Of a stretch of 64,000 nucleotides of DNA, positions 38,401 through 53,400 are shown one piece after another (positions within the stretch are counted from its first letter, which is position 1; every line of letters begins with the position of its first letter). Source of the DNA: Isurus oxyrinchus. Lineage: Eukaryota. A model generated the notes under the pieces. That model was not told the origin of the DNA, ran no database searches, and saw only the letters and a list, made by a program, of their open reading frames with translations. Location: the NCBI GenBank assembly GCA_026770705.1, contig JANJGN010000034.1:3596001-3660000 (forward strand), in the 5' to 3' direction. The translations under genes and the position numbers were made by a program.

Positions 38401-41400
38401 GATTGTACAGAAAAAAATATTTGGTTCACCATGTCCTTTGGGGAGAGTTAATTACTTACCCTCAGTTGGGCTAACTTTGCCTCGAATCCCTGAGAAATTG
38501 CTCGACGCAAAAACTGTCCATACATTAGCTCCGTTGTGATCAAGGAGGCGACTCCCCAACACCTTGTCAAGGACAATCAATTGTCGTTAAGTATTGGACT
38601 TAACAATAACACCCTTGGAGTGATTGGAACAACAGCTTATATTGATAAAGAGCGCAATGGTAAGAAAAAAAAATCTCAAACCACTTAATAAGGTAATTAA
38701 AAAACAAAGCATGACATCACACTCCATAAGTGGATATTAGTTCTGAAGAAAAAAATGTTTTGTTACAAACGTCCAATGTAAGGAGTTATATAATGTATTA
38801 ATGGGGAAACTGGGGTGGAGAGATATTCGGAGGGGATTGCAGGTTTGAGAGCCGAGATTACTGAAGTTGCTCCCAGGAATCATGAATCGGGCGGAATCGA
38901 TTTTCTGCATGAGGGTGGCATTAGAGTGGCATCGATATCTCTAAAGTCCTTGATGCTGTGTTTAATTCAATGGGAAGACAGTTGAAATATCATGGAGGAA
39001 ATTAAAAACAATTGATGAAATAATCAAGAGCTGGGTTCGTTTTCAGGATTCATTGTTGCCAAGTGAGCACAGATTTGATGGTTTAAGGGACTTTGTGGAA
39101 CCCAGACAGGAAGAGCAAGGCTTTTACGCCCTCGAGTTGACAGAAGGCAAAATCTGGGCCTACAACCATATGAAACCAAGGTTCATTAATGTGACATAGA
39201 ATGAAGGCACGAATGAGTAGTCTGGCAGCAGATGATTTAAGTTAGGAGGTGGAACTAGGCAGTCTTAATGATGGTGCATATATGAGGTCCGAATCCCATC
39301 TCAGAGTACAAATATGCAATCCGGTAACTCACCAGTTGGTTGCTGAGGACACCTATGAATTCATTATCTAAAACAGAAGCTAAAAATTGTGATCGAAAAG
39401 CTATCTTCCTTATTCTTAATATCGAAAGGACGAAATTGCTCCTCATTCAGTGCACTTGTCAGACATGGTGTCTGATATTTGAGCAACAATAGAGGATTCA
39501 ATGGGGGTCGTTTGTGAAAGAGTGAGGTAATGTTATCGTTCATATGAAAATTAAAGCTTTGCGTTTGAATCGTTTTGCTAGGGGCCGCATGCCGATGAGA
39601 AATAGGAGGAAGAAAAGATTAATCCTTCGGTGACAACAGAGGAGCTGGTACATGAACAGGCAGACGAGCCATTGCAATTGATACAGGTCGAGAGCAATGC
39701 ATTTGAAACATGTTTTTTGTTACAGCCATGTTTTATGCCATTTGTAACTTCAATCAGCGGCATTTCCGTAGCTTAACACTATACAAACTTTTATTGTGGG
39801 TATTTAGTAATGCCGATAATGTTAAAATGTGGACGAATTTTTAATGCCACGATGGTTTCAAGGACTCTATGAAATCAATACCTCGGAGTTGGGATAGAAA
39901 TATGAAAAAACGCGATTGAAATAAGAGAAGTGTTACACCTGAAAGGAAGGAATTGATAGCAAACTCACTAACATGGGATGAAGGTGAAGATGCAGGATTC
40001 GCATTTTAGTAGGACCAGTATACAGGGAGCTTCCTGGACAAGTTTAGTTCAGATGTCGTAGGAAGGAAGATGACAAACAAACTCACAGTAAACTTTAGCC
40101 AGAGGGGACACTGGGTTCAAATGGTTAAGAACATTTAAACAAAATGTTTCAAGGCAACATCATCAGTTCTTGAATGACTTTACCTGCATCTTTCCCAGTT
40201 ATCTGTTCATCTGCGCATAATCAAAGCAAAAATACCAAAACAAAGAAAAATCAATGTAATCAATACGGGCCCATAAGCTTTATTTAATAATTTCGTGCTT
40301 TTTAACGGCAAATCTCGTCAATTTCACCATGTCATCTTGCAGTAAGACACATAGATTTTGGTGGCGTTCACACTCTATATAATATTGAGTCAGCTTGTTC
40401 TCCTTTCACATAATGGCTCATTTAATGTCCTTTCACGTTTCGCACATGTGAACAAAAATAAGGTTTTTTCTAACTTGCCAGAAATCCACTAATCGTATGT
40501 GTTTAAGATTAGTTTCGTATTGAATTAAAACTAACGTGAATGTTAAGACTTTTCTCGTTATAAAACAATGAAGGACCTGTTAGCAGCTTTCGCTGCTTGG
40601 AGATAACCTGACAGCCTGTGAGTTGAGGTAACTGTCTTGATTGATTTCACCGTTAAATGTGTGGACAGAAATTTAATGATTCGAATTATCATTTTTTTTA
40701 GAAAATAGTGAAACATTGGAATATATTACCGTATTCTGAGAAGGTTTGCTGTTTCTTTGCATATTTATTTAATATCAAGCCATTAGTCCATGCACAAAAA
40801 AGTGCCACAAACGTTGTTTTTGCCTGGCAATGTAAATTAAGGTTCAATGTTGGTCGGATTCTCGGCAGCATATCTGCTGCTATTATCAGAATTATGACCA
40901 TAAATACATTTTAATCACCTGAGAGAGCAGACAGGACCATGTTATAACATTTAATTTGCAACTTGCAAGCGTCGATAGCACTCGTTCTGTACTGATATTG
41001 CACTACTCCCAAGATTTCTCACTCTGGCGTGTCATAGCACCTTATCGAATTTTGCTTTAGGTTATTTCATGGAATGTGCGAGCCGCTGGCAACGCCAGCA
41101 TTTGGTGTTCATCCCCAAGTGCACTGTCACATAATATCTTTCTAGCTCGTTTCTGTGGGCAGTTAAGCGTCAATATTATTTCTTATTTTATGGAGACACA
41201 GGCAGCCAAGGCAGACAAAAGTCCTTCCTGAAAGGACTTTCCAGAAATATGTATTTCTTTAACAACAAACGATAAGATCTGTCATTGTCGCTGTTGCAGA
41301 GGCCAGCTTTTAATTCCAGATGGAATTTAACAGGTATTTAACAGGTGGAAATTGAACATACATCGTGAGTGCATTAGCTTTCTCCTCTGGAGTGATGGCC

Positions 41401-44400
41401 AAGTGAAATTAGCACGTGGCCAAAGCCTTCCCTTATTAACGAGGTTAATCAATTGTGGAATTGTTATTTAACGTTAGGGTAGGACTTTCTTCCAGTGGTA
41501 TCAGAAGGATGGCATTGATTTGCAACACCTCTTTGAGTGGTAGAGTAATAGGGTCCTTTACATCGTGGACAACATTCCGCTATATATTTTTTGCAATAAA
41601 GAAAATCATTCCCGCCCATTGCCATTGTGTTCCACTTTGCTCAAGGCGTTTCATCTCTACAGCAACATAGCAATATTAAGGGACACCCTTGTCCTCAGTT
41701 GTCATCACAACAGCCTTCACATTCTACCGATCATCCTCTGCCTTTTCTGGCTGCTCCAGCATAATGCCACCACCATGCACATCCTCCTTTCACCACAATT
41801 CTGACCATCCCAGTCAGAATTCCTTGGCAACCGTTCCTATCGGGAGACCCTGGACCACTGCTCCATCACCCCCAATTCCTCATACAGTTCAAAGTGGACC
41901 ATGCCTTGCAATGGCAGATGATGAAACACCCAACCCTTTACCTCCTCCCTCCTCACTGTCCAAGGACCCAAACACAAGTTTCAGGTAAATCAGTGATTCA
42001 CTTGCACCTCCTTAAATATGATCCACCTCATTCATTGCTTCGAATGCAGCCTCCTCCACATTGAAGGCTCCATCTGCTGACTGGGTGACCAATTTATGGA
42101 AAACCTTTGGTCTGCCCACAAGCATAACAGAGACCTTCCTGCCAGTTGCCAATTCAACAGCCCATCCTGCTCTCATGCCCACATGTCTGTCCTTGGCCTG
42201 CAGCAATGTTTAATTGATGCCCAACACAAACTGGTGGAACAACTCATCTTCCAGGAGGCGCTTTACAGCCTCCCGGATGAAACATTAATTTCAATACGTT
42301 CACACCATCCAATGTCTCCTCCATCATCACGGAAAATTGTTATTCAATTTTTTAAATATTATTTTTTCATATTTACTTTTTATCCATTTCGTTTTATTAA
42401 ACTTCATTTTGTCTATTGACTTACCCACACCTAGTATCCTATTTTCAATCTTTTTCTGCATTTGCCATACACCCACCCCCCCCCCCCCCCCCCCCCCTTC
42501 CCAGGTTCAACTGCCACTGTACATGTGTTATTTCCAGAGTGGCTACCCTTGTGCTACTATTTGCACAGTCTGCTTTCTGAGTTGATTCCGCCATCAGCAC
42601 CTCCACCAGCCAATATCACAATCATTAACTTCCCTTTCCCATCTGTCCATGCTGTTTGTCTCAATCTATCCTTTACCTCCACCTATCACTGTTCTTCTAT
42701 CCTGCGTCAACTGATCGACTTCCTTAAACATTACACGTTTCATCACATCTTTATTTCTCTTTTGTTCTGAAGAAAAAGCATACGGACTCGGTACGGCAAT
42801 AGTGTTTTATTTTTCTCTCCACAGATGTTGTTAGACATAGTGAGTTTTTCCAGCGTTTTCGGTTTTGTTCTGTAACAATTTTAATGTTGAACATATTTCT
42901 CGGTTGCATTGCCACACACTCGTCTGGAGCGTATTTGAAGTCATTATCAATTATTGGTTAAATAAGAAAAACTTTCCCACGTTGATTTCCCTTTTCAAGT
43001 GGTAAAATGTCTAAATGTTCAAACATAACATTTTAGTAAGGTATGCTTTATAAATCCGTGATGACTTTCATTAAGTCACTTCAACGTCTGATGCTTTATG
43101 TTGATTCACCTCTCGTTTATTGCTCAATCACCGATACGACTACTGACATTAAATGCCTGGCCATTAGTTGCTGGGACTGATCATTGTTGAATAAGAAAGT
43201 CACATAAGCAATTCCAATTTCTGGCATCATCCATGTAAAGTTTGAGACATGAACACAATGGCAACCTCTGCACTATCTCTATCGTTACATCCTGCAGTGA
43301 TGCTAACCATCCGGTTCAGCAGATCTGATTTAAATTAGAATGTTTAGTGCGTGCACTGTACCAACGAATTAATATAGCTTTGAAAGACGCAGGCAGAAAA
43401 TGCTTGGTAGGCAGCACATGGAGCTAACAATTAAGATGATATATTAATGGAGGGACACATGCACTGGTACGGCCCTGTGCACCCAATCTTGTTAGTGAAA
43501 TACAAATGCTTATTTTTCGCACTGGGTGTAGAGACAAAACGAGGAAATATGTATAATCGGGGTGACAGTTTGTGTTTTCTGCTTTTGCAACACAATTCTC
43601 ATTTAATATTATAACACAGCATTCTGTCTATGCGTTCAAACAATCGATTTGAAATTAGAAAAGGAGTATTTAACGTCAGATGTCCAAAAGTGATGAAGTT
43701 GTTTTGTGGAGTGACTGAGAAAATGCGCATAATATATCACAATCACATTTTCAAGATGGTGTTCCTTAAAACAGTGATTTCTATAATCAAGTTGTCTTTA
43801 CCCTTTCCCTTCAGGTTCTTCTCTGTTATAGAAAAGCACAAGCCAAACAGTACCAAATTAATGGAACATGGTAATCAACAAACTGATGTGAAATCGTCGC
43901 ATTTATTAATACATAATGACACTGTACTACAAAATGGCGCAAATCCTGTATCGATGCATATTATTTCCTAGCTGGCTGTTGTGCATGACATTATTTTACT
44001 TGCAGTTATTGATTTAAGCTGGGTTACATCATATTGCTAACCTAATGCTTTCACAGACGCTTGACACGTGGATAATTCTGAAATATGGAGAAAAAAAACA
44101 GCATTGTAGGCAAAAAATTTCTCTCATCTTTAAGCCACAAGTGGATATATTACAAAATTCAAAAGTATTGCATAGAATGCGCAAAAACGAAGCATTGAAT
44201 TCATACCATCTGGAACCTAGTAATCAGTGTTTTTCAAAATAACCTTCCAAAATGTCTCATTTCATCCTTCAGTAAGTTCGTCGATTCATTCCTTTTCATT
44301 GGACTCTGTATTGCATATCCGTGACTGGCTTCATTTACTTTACCTCAGGGGTCTCTTGCACGTATACCAATTACTTATTCAACATGATTATTGGGTGTGT

Positions 44401-47400
44401 TTTTATTCAATAATTGGGTATCGTATTGCAAAACCAAACTTTTATTTATTTTTAAATCTGGACACATTGCAAGCATCTTCTCTTCATTTTGCCTGAAAAA
44501 AGACATAATTCATTAAAGAAAACCTTTTTCTCATGTTACTATCGGCCATCAAATCCGGGAAGAATGGATATTTTATATCTCGTAATAGCTCAGGCTTCTC
44601 TTTTCTGGAACCATTCTCTAGAATATTTTTCGTGCTTTCTCCATGTCTCTATGTTTTATTTGTAATTTGAAGATGAGCAATGCGTGCATTTTGCCAAATG
44701 CGATTGAAGCACATCTATAGTTTACCTTCGGATGTTTTTATTGCGTTAAGACTAGAGTCTAAATGAAGGTTTCATGTTCTTGTTCATGTTGACTGATTCG
44801 AATTTGCATCAAAGACAGGAAAATTTAATAGTTCCACTATTTCAAACAGCTGAACAGGGAAACAACGCTCCTGGCGACCTACCTTCTTTCAATCGAAGCA
44901 CTGTGTCCCCTATTTTGGGCAAAGTAACATCAAATAAATTTTCCACAACAGCACAATATTTCCGAAGTAATACCATTAAATTTGAATTTTCTTAACCAGT
45001 TACCTATGGAAATAATTTTAAAAATGTATCGTATTCATTACTAGTAACATTAATTTGGCCTGGTAAAACTTCTGTCATATACAGGCTTGGCATGTTATTC
45101 ACTTCCTTACATGTTAATGTAAATTGTTCTCACTCTGCTAATGTAAGATTTCTAGGCGAAGATTTGCAAAACGTCTAACAGTCTGTAGCCTTTCACTGCT
45201 GATCCCATCGTTCCTTGATTCCCATGTTCGAAGGCCACCAATCTTGCTAAAAGCCTGCCATGGAGAATCACCAGTTATGCATGTCACAAATCGCATCGTT
45301 GTTGGGTGCAACAACGGTAAACATTCCATCTTTGTTTTTGTTGTCCTAAATCGGCTTCTGATCAAGTTGATCACTCCTTCTAATCCAGTGCCTTTCCACT
45401 TTTGTCCCGCTACCTGAGAGCGCACTTCCAGGCTACCAAAGGGCCGAGAATCAGTAGAACGAACTTTTCATGGCGCTTCTGAATTGTCACCTTAGCGTGA
45501 TTACCCTTGATTTCTTTTATGTTTGATGTTAATGCTGCCCTTGGCTACATAGTTTGAAAAATAATCATTAAATTTGAGATGTAAACTGATTACATCTGGC
45601 GCCAACTCCCCACCAGTTTTCGCGACTCGTGATTGTTACCCTACATTAGTAGCAAATAAGTGGACATTCAGTCCAATTGGAACCATGCAGACAAAAGCTA
45701 TTCTGTTTGGTATGGATAACAAATATGTTCAAAAGGATCCGATTCTTTTCCTATCACTGACCATTCTGAGAGAGTGATCCACGCTGCTAGTTGTTTATTG
45801 GAGTATTTCCCCCGTCCTCAACCGCCATCCCCAAACAGGTACAGCAGTGAGATTTGCATCCTCCCACATAGCCGCATCACTAAGACAAGAGTTTTGCACA
45901 TTACTGGCATGAATAGACCGCGGCCCTATTTCAGATCATTTTCTGCATAAAGCCAACTGCATTTTTATTTGTCATCCCGTGATTGGCAACTTGAGCCCCA
46001 TCAGCACTGGTGTGACAGTTTCCAAACAGGTAGGTTTGAGATCAATAATTTCCCTCTGGATCTGTTTGCACCACTTGCAATCGACATTCCTGTGTCTGCT
46101 GACCGAATTCGGCTGCAAAGCAATACGCTGCTCAATGAGAAAGTTTTAGTGGTTATTGTTATGCCTTTCATTAGCCCCGAATAACATCGCTATACATTTA
46201 CTCATAATATGAATGAAGTGCTGTGAGAATGACTGTCCTTGACATCAAGCTAACATTTGATCAGATGCATCATGAAGGAGCCCTGGAAAAATAATTTTTT
46301 TCAATGGAAATTGCGACGGTTGGAGGGGTGGGTGTGGGTGGGGGGAGTTTGAAGACATCTCCAATGTTTATTTTGATAACTACACAAAAGGGAAGTAATT
46401 CTGGTAATTGGAAGCCACTCATCTCATATGTCGCTGGAGGTGTTTAATTTGGTAGTTCACAGGCCCAACAATAATGACATATTTCTACATTTTTTCCATG
46501 ACCTTCCCTCCTTCCTAAGGACAGGACCAGAGATGACGGCGGATGAGTTCTCAATGTTCAGCACCAATGAAAACTCGTCGCATACGGAAACACTCTGTGT
46601 CCATAAGCAGCAATACGTCGTGGATATTCAGGGTTGAGATGATAAGCAGCAAGGAAAGTATGAACAATAAAAGTGCCAGAGAATGAATAACTTTAGTCAG
46701 GGATAAGGATGAAATTGATCCTTGCCATTCAGCGGCATTACCATTGTAAAATATGCCACCCACAGTCAACATCCTAGGTGTTACCATTAACCAGAATCTG
46801 GACTAGAACAGCCACATAAATATCATGGCCAAAACAACAGGTCAGACTCTGAATTTGCTGCATAAGTATTTCAGCTGCTGCCTCCGTAAAGCCTGTCAAA
46901 TATCAACAGGTCAAAATTCCTGAATGCGCTGGATAGAACTCACTTCCCTTCCTGAGAGCAGCCTCAACATCATTGAGGAAATTGAGCATATTGCAAGATA
47001 AAGCTGCCCAGTAAATGCCATTCCATCCAGCAGCCCGAAAAATCAATCCCTCCACCACAGACGCCCAGTGATGTATGGAACACAACAACATGCAAATTCA
47101 CCTCAAGCTTCATACAATCATGATTAGGGTTGTGTTTACCTTCACTCCATCACTGTCAAAACCCTGCAACTCCCTCTCTGAGAGCAACATATTTGCACCC
47201 ACGCCAGGTCGACTGCAGCAGCTCAGGCAGCGTCTCAAGATTACCTTCTTTAACGCAAGTAAGTGCTGTTCAAAAAAATATTGGTCATGTCATCGAGGCC
47301 TAAAACGTATGAAATAATACAAATGAACTTCAATTGTCGATCCCCTCTGCACTCGAACGTTCTGTGTGAATGTTTAACTTCGCAACTTCCTACCTGTAGC

Positions 47401-50400
47401 CCTTTCTTTTTAGATGTCCATTAAAGATTCACATTATTTACTTGTTTGAGGACTGAGTCCTAAATGTTGACTAATGCATTTCCTGTACATCACATCGGGG
47501 AATTAAAACATGTTGCATTCACCAGATAAAGTAAGTTGTGTTTTATTATTGTATTATCAATTACGATTCAGCAATATTAATTTGAAGGGCGATCATATGT
47601 TTGAAAATTCCATCGTGAAAAATGTTGATATTACATTATAGAAGGATGACAAGTCAGCCATTCTGTCCTGCACCAGTTCTTTCTCAGTTCAGTGAGATAG
47701 TATTACTGTTCAGCTCTTTGCTCAAATCTCTGCCATTGCTCATCTTCAATCAAAGGTTCATTGCAAACATAAAATTTTTGCCCACACCAACTTATGAAGC
47801 ACGGTCTTCCAACGCTTTATTTTTTGTTGCTGAAATAAGATTTGTTTTATTCCACTGCATCTTTTGAAATAAATTGAAATCTGTATATTTTATTTATCAT
47901 TGCTTCAGCTGCTGGCAACAAGGTATCTTGCTTTACTCCATCAATAACATTCATTTTCACAAAACAGATTCACTGCTCAGAAAGTGTTAGGCACAGGTCC
48001 TCCAGCCTATGTATCTAAATGCAACCGTTCATCAGTTGTAACACGCTGTTAGAGACAGTAAATATAACATGCTTGGAACTAAAACTGCAAGCCTTGATAT
48101 ACGGATGCAAATAATTTGGGTGGGGGAGAGGCGCAAGCAAAAAGATATACAGTTTAGATAAGAGATGTAAGTACTCAGAATGGGCATTTACATGATTTTC
48201 TAATGTGATAAGTGTGAGTTTTCCTTTTATATTCATTCATGGGATGTGGGCTTCATCGGCTGAGCCAACTTTTATAACCCATCCCTAGTTGCCCTTGAGA
48301 AGTTGGTGGTGAGCTTCCTTCTTGAACTGCTGCTCTCCTTTTAGTGCTGGTACATCAACAGTGCTATTAGGAAGGTAGTTCCAGCGTTTCGATTGAGAAA
48401 CAGTGAAGGAACGTCCATATATTTCCAAGAGAGAGTTGTGAGTGGCTTGGAGAAGAACCGCCAGGTAGTGATACCCTCAGCTATTGGCTGCCATTGTCCT
48501 ACCAGTTGGTAGTGGCAGTCATTTTGGAAGGTGCTGTCTATGGAGCCTTAATGAGTTCCTACAGAGCCTATTGCAGATGGTACACACTGCTGCTAATGTG
48601 CGTCAATGGAGTGTGCAGTGATTGTCTGTGGATGTGGTATCAATCAAATGGACTGCTTTGTCCTGGACTGTGCCCATCTTATTTTGCTAAGAAATAAATA
48701 ATAGAGTAGTTACAAATTAAATAATTTAAATGGAGTGAATAGTCAAAGTGAAACTGTGCAAGCAACTATTTATGAGTCTCAGGCTCATGACAGAATAAGG
48801 ACACAAATTACATTGTCGTCTACTTGGGACTTCTATGTTAATAATATGTTTTGCTAGTTTGCACAGTTTACAATTAGGCTAATCCCCAGCCTGCTAAACA
48901 GTCATCAAAATATAATCTCGAAAAAGACATCAAATAGGAAATAAAGGCAGTACATGTTTATCCAGGTAATAACTAGAATTCGGAATGCATGAGAGTATAA
49001 GGACGATTAGAAAATACGATCTGTTTTCTTCGCTCTCACCGAGGGTTTGAAGTTTACTGCTGCAATCTGCGTGAAATGAAAACGGAAATTACTTATTATG
49101 AACGTTAATTATTATTGGACATTTGCAAGGCCTTGGCAGCATGATATCCAGATGTGTTAGGAGAAAAGTACGCCATACACTGTACCATTGTCCTGCAATT
49201 CCCCAGGAATTGAATATTTCTCCAAAGCTGCAGCAACATAAACATAGACTTAAATTTCAGTGCTGAGTAACAATTTTATTGTAATTTATTTTTGAGGACT
49301 GGTGTATTTGTTGTGAATGTTTAAGCAAATTAGACAATTCACCTGCTTGAATGATAGTGAAAAATTATCAGATAAACCACAATGCATTAAATGTCAAAAG
49401 TGGGCCATATTGTTATTGGTGGAGTAGCAAAATTGTCCAAATGGAACCTTGGACAATAAGAGGCGTTCTATGCAAATGCATTATGAGCCAATTCCAATGT
49501 TTAAGTTATATTGTACTGCCCACCAAACAAAGTCAAACACTGCCATTTTCAATTATTTCCTCTTTTCTCTCCTGCCAGGGAGGAATTCAGTCACCATAGT
49601 AAAATATTAACATTCCTTTTGGTTTTGATCCATTATGAGAGCGTACTAACAACTCTGGTTTTAGCTGATTGCTTATGATGAAGTTCGGCGAGCAAGTTGT
49701 GTGCATCCCACGACTAAATTATCAACCAGAGCTTAAACTCGGAGATCCAAGCAATGCTTTATCTAAAGCAATGCATTATCTGCATATTAACTCTGTATGT
49801 TCTTCGGCAATGTGCATTATGATCTAAGGTTGCTGAGTTGATTTTTGGGTCCTCCTGTACCTCATTACAATGACTATTGGAGGCAGAACAAATGATGGTT
49901 CTTCAATTTCAATCACAGGCGAAGAGTTTTTGTTGAATTGTTTTTTTTTCACTTCAAGTTCCATTAGTCTGTAGTATTAACTTTTCAAGAGAGAAGTGGA
50001 GTGCGGCTCATTCTAAAAATGATAATTTGGATAGTTATTTATTGATACGGGATTCCAAAATTGCAGAGGTTTTTCGGCATGTGGAATTGGGTGAACTAAC
50101 AGTTCAGCTATGATTTTCTCAAATGGCCGATCAAACTCGGCTGACTGCATGGCGTTCTGTAGCTTCTATTTAACATGTAGTTGTGCACTGTTTGAAAATT
50201 GAATTACCACATTTAGAAGTTCAGGTACAGCTCACTGCATCTTTATGTGGAAAATGTTGCAGTGAGAATGGTGACGAATGAAAATAGTTCCAAATCGGTG
50301 GCGTGATGAATTCGAAGTTCTATCCATCAGGAAATATAGGAAAATGTCGTTTATTTTCTTGTGAAATAGAAAATAAATCTCGTTAGTAACTTAAGAAGAC

Positions 50401-53400
50401 CCTGAAAATGACGAAATAAACAGCAAATATCTGATAACGCTTGAAAGAGAACAGAACCAGTGGACATCAATTTATTGTAGTTAGCAGGAGATAAATTAAG
50501 GATTTTCACGAAAAAAATTCTCAAATATTAGTGACAAATTGGAATACTTTTTCTCAGGCAGTAATTGAGGTCAAAGGAATGTACTAATATGTTCTCCTCG
50601 ATCTTATGCATCGTAGATTGTTGGCTTCAGCTGGACGCAAATAAAATGGAAATAAAGGTCAGCATTGGTAATGTTCCTAATGTTGCGATATACTGATTAA
50701 TTTTGAAGACAACGATGATATGCAGGTGTATCGACAATAATGTATGGCAGCACCTCGTGAACTGTCCCAGATTTGTCGGGAATTGATGATTAACCTCCAG
50801 GATAATGCTGCTAACAAACACGCATATAAGTAGTAGATGTAGTAAACATATGCCTTTGGAAATTATATTTTTGCAAAAATCTTTGTTATTAGTAATTGTA
50901 TTAGAGAATAAGATAATTTATCTGCTTGGCTGGCGCCCACAAAATATTATTTTGGCCTGATAAATAAGGATAGTTTTCTTATGCTATTATATCCTGGGAC
51001 GAAAGTTTTGGTGGCAAGCACAGTACAGGTGCCGAATAAATAATTGTCGTTCAAAAGAGCTACAGTTGATTGGTTGACTGTGCACCTGTAGTCCTGTTTA
51101 AGGAGGACATTCCAGGGTGTTGTCGCAGGGAATTGAAGATAAAAACGGTTTATTTCCAAGCCACTATGCTGTGTGACTTGAAGATAAAGTGCAAATATTC
51201 CCAAGCTATCTGCTACAGATCTGATCGTAGTTCCTCTAGGCCATATAGTGAAATGGTTTTAAACGTCATTTGGAAAAAAAAATGGAGAATTGCTGCAGTG
51301 CATCTGTTGTGCGGTTCCACGCTACTTGCACTGTAGGTCAGTGGTTCAAGCAATGAATGTCGATGGCGATGGATGGAGTGCTATTAAGGTAAAAAGTTTT
51401 GGTATATATTATGCCATTTTTCTGGATGATGTAAGTATATGCAACTATTACGTCAATGGGCGAGCCTTCACTAACACTCCTGACTTGTGGCAGTTAAATG
51501 GTATATAGGTTTTGGCGAAGTCAGTAATGGTGTTATTCACTACCGAATTCCCAGACTCTGGCCTAGTCTTAGAGCCACAGTCTTTTTTTGTCGCTAGCAC
51601 ATTTACGTTTCTAGTCAATTGTTGTCAACAGGATTCTACTTATCTGAGGCTCAGGAAGTTCAATGCTCGTGAAGTTCAAGAGGAGCTTATATTCTCAGTT
51701 CAAAAACAGAATTACCTGGAAAAACTCAGCAGGTCTGGCAGCATCGGCGGAGAAGAAAAGAGTTGACGTTTCGAGTCCTCGTGACCCTTCGACAGAACTG
51801 TTCTGTCGAAGGGTCATGAGGACTCGAAACGTCAACTCTTTTCTTCTCCGCCGATGCTGCCTGATCTGCTGAGTTTTTCCAGGTAATTCTGTTTTTGTTT
51901 TGGATTTCCAGCATCCGCAGTTTTCTTTGTTTTTATCTTTATATTCTCAGTTGTTGGAATTGCTCATTGCCTGGCATTTGTGTGCCGTTAATTTTACTTA
52001 TCAATGCAAGCCTGCATGTTGCTACAGGTTGTGGTGAATATGCACTCGAAATTCTTTATACCTGAAGAGTGACGAGTGGAATGAAACACCGTGCAGTCAT
52101 CAGTGAGCATGTGGAATATTGACATCCTGAAGTATGGATGTTATGAAAGCCAACAGAATTGTTTTAGCCAGTGCCTTCAATTATTCTTTGATACTGCTCG
52201 CAGAAAAAAATAAGACAATGAGGATTGCTATGTGTGATGTTAGGGACAGAATGAGAAGTCGATCATTGATCATCAGATAGACGTGTCTGACATGAAGAGT
52301 GTGGCAAATATTTACATTATTGTGCTGGGATTGCCCAGCATTGCGGAATCATCTCTGTTACTTTATTTCATTTGCTTTTAAAAGCACACTAGCGTACACG
52401 GCCAGATGGGACAGAACTAACAGGCACTTATGTAGTAGTATAGCAATTATCCACTATTTTCAAGATGCAATATTTTGGCATATTTGAAAATAGATAGCTG
52501 CCGCATTATTTGTCATTGTGTTTCATGATGAAGTGCACTGCCATTCGCTTAGCTCCCAGTCCAAGTCAGCAAGTACCTTTCTCATTTTCCTTCATCCTTT
52601 CGTCTGAGAGGGAGAAACATAATTACTCATATAATATGTTGGAAAACACTGCAAAGAATGTAGCATCAATGATTTAATATCTGTACCGTTTGGGTTATTT
52701 TACAAGAAGATAAGCACATCCAATCTCGTGACATGATTAAGAGAAACAACAAAGAAAACGTGCCTCCAAGTAATGATATGTGACCTAGGAAGAGGTTTGA
52801 GTCAAACTCCGAGCCGCATCATCAGACGTCAATGACACACAAACAAAGTCGGGCCTCAGTAGGTAATTATCCTCAAATCGTGCTGAGAGATACTATGCAA
52901 ATAAAATCCAGAAGAGCCTGGCGAAGTTCAGACAGTGAGAGTATAAAAAGAAAAACAACTAAATGCGCAAACAGATGAAGATCAGCAAAGGATGAGTTGA
53001 ACGAACAAGCGCCCTAAATTTATCGAGAGCATAGAATTCGTAATGTGCTGGCCGCACAAATATGAACTGGGTAGAAATATGGCTAGAATTTGAAATCAGC
53101 TACAATTAGCTAATAAAGTAAGATGTTGTCAGAAAAGAAATCAATTAATATCTATGAACGCAATTTCCATTCTGAAGAGTATGTATTTTGTGTCTGATAA
53201 TATGCTTTCTTGTGCAGCTACAGAGGTTAACATCATATTTGTAACCATTAAGTATGCAATGTTTAGCAGTGACGCTCTGTAGCTTTGCAAAAGCATTACA
53301 TTTAAATCTTGTCTGCTTACTCAGTTAACTCTTGGAGTTGTACACCGACGAGTATTACGATGCTTACCTGATTTTTTTAAAGTTTTTTCGCACTTGGATA

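Larger units (their letters stand above)
33800..38780. repeat. Fifth, more diverged copy of the 5.2-kb unit, interrupted by a Penelope insertion
   Basis: same order: 27-nt exon, TATC tract, 36-nt exon, caaggaggcgactc motif near 38541. Confidence 0.8.

Noticed and set aside
38460-38489. 30-nt AG/GT-bounded minus-strand segment (GFEAKLAQLR in phase 0)
   Set aside because: Coiled-coil-like only in the wrong phase (phase 1 gives GIRGKVSPTE), and it lies in sequence homologous to intron in the other units.
44344-44373. 30-nt segment with donor gtaaag
   Set aside because: Poor acceptor and an in-frame TGA in phase 1.
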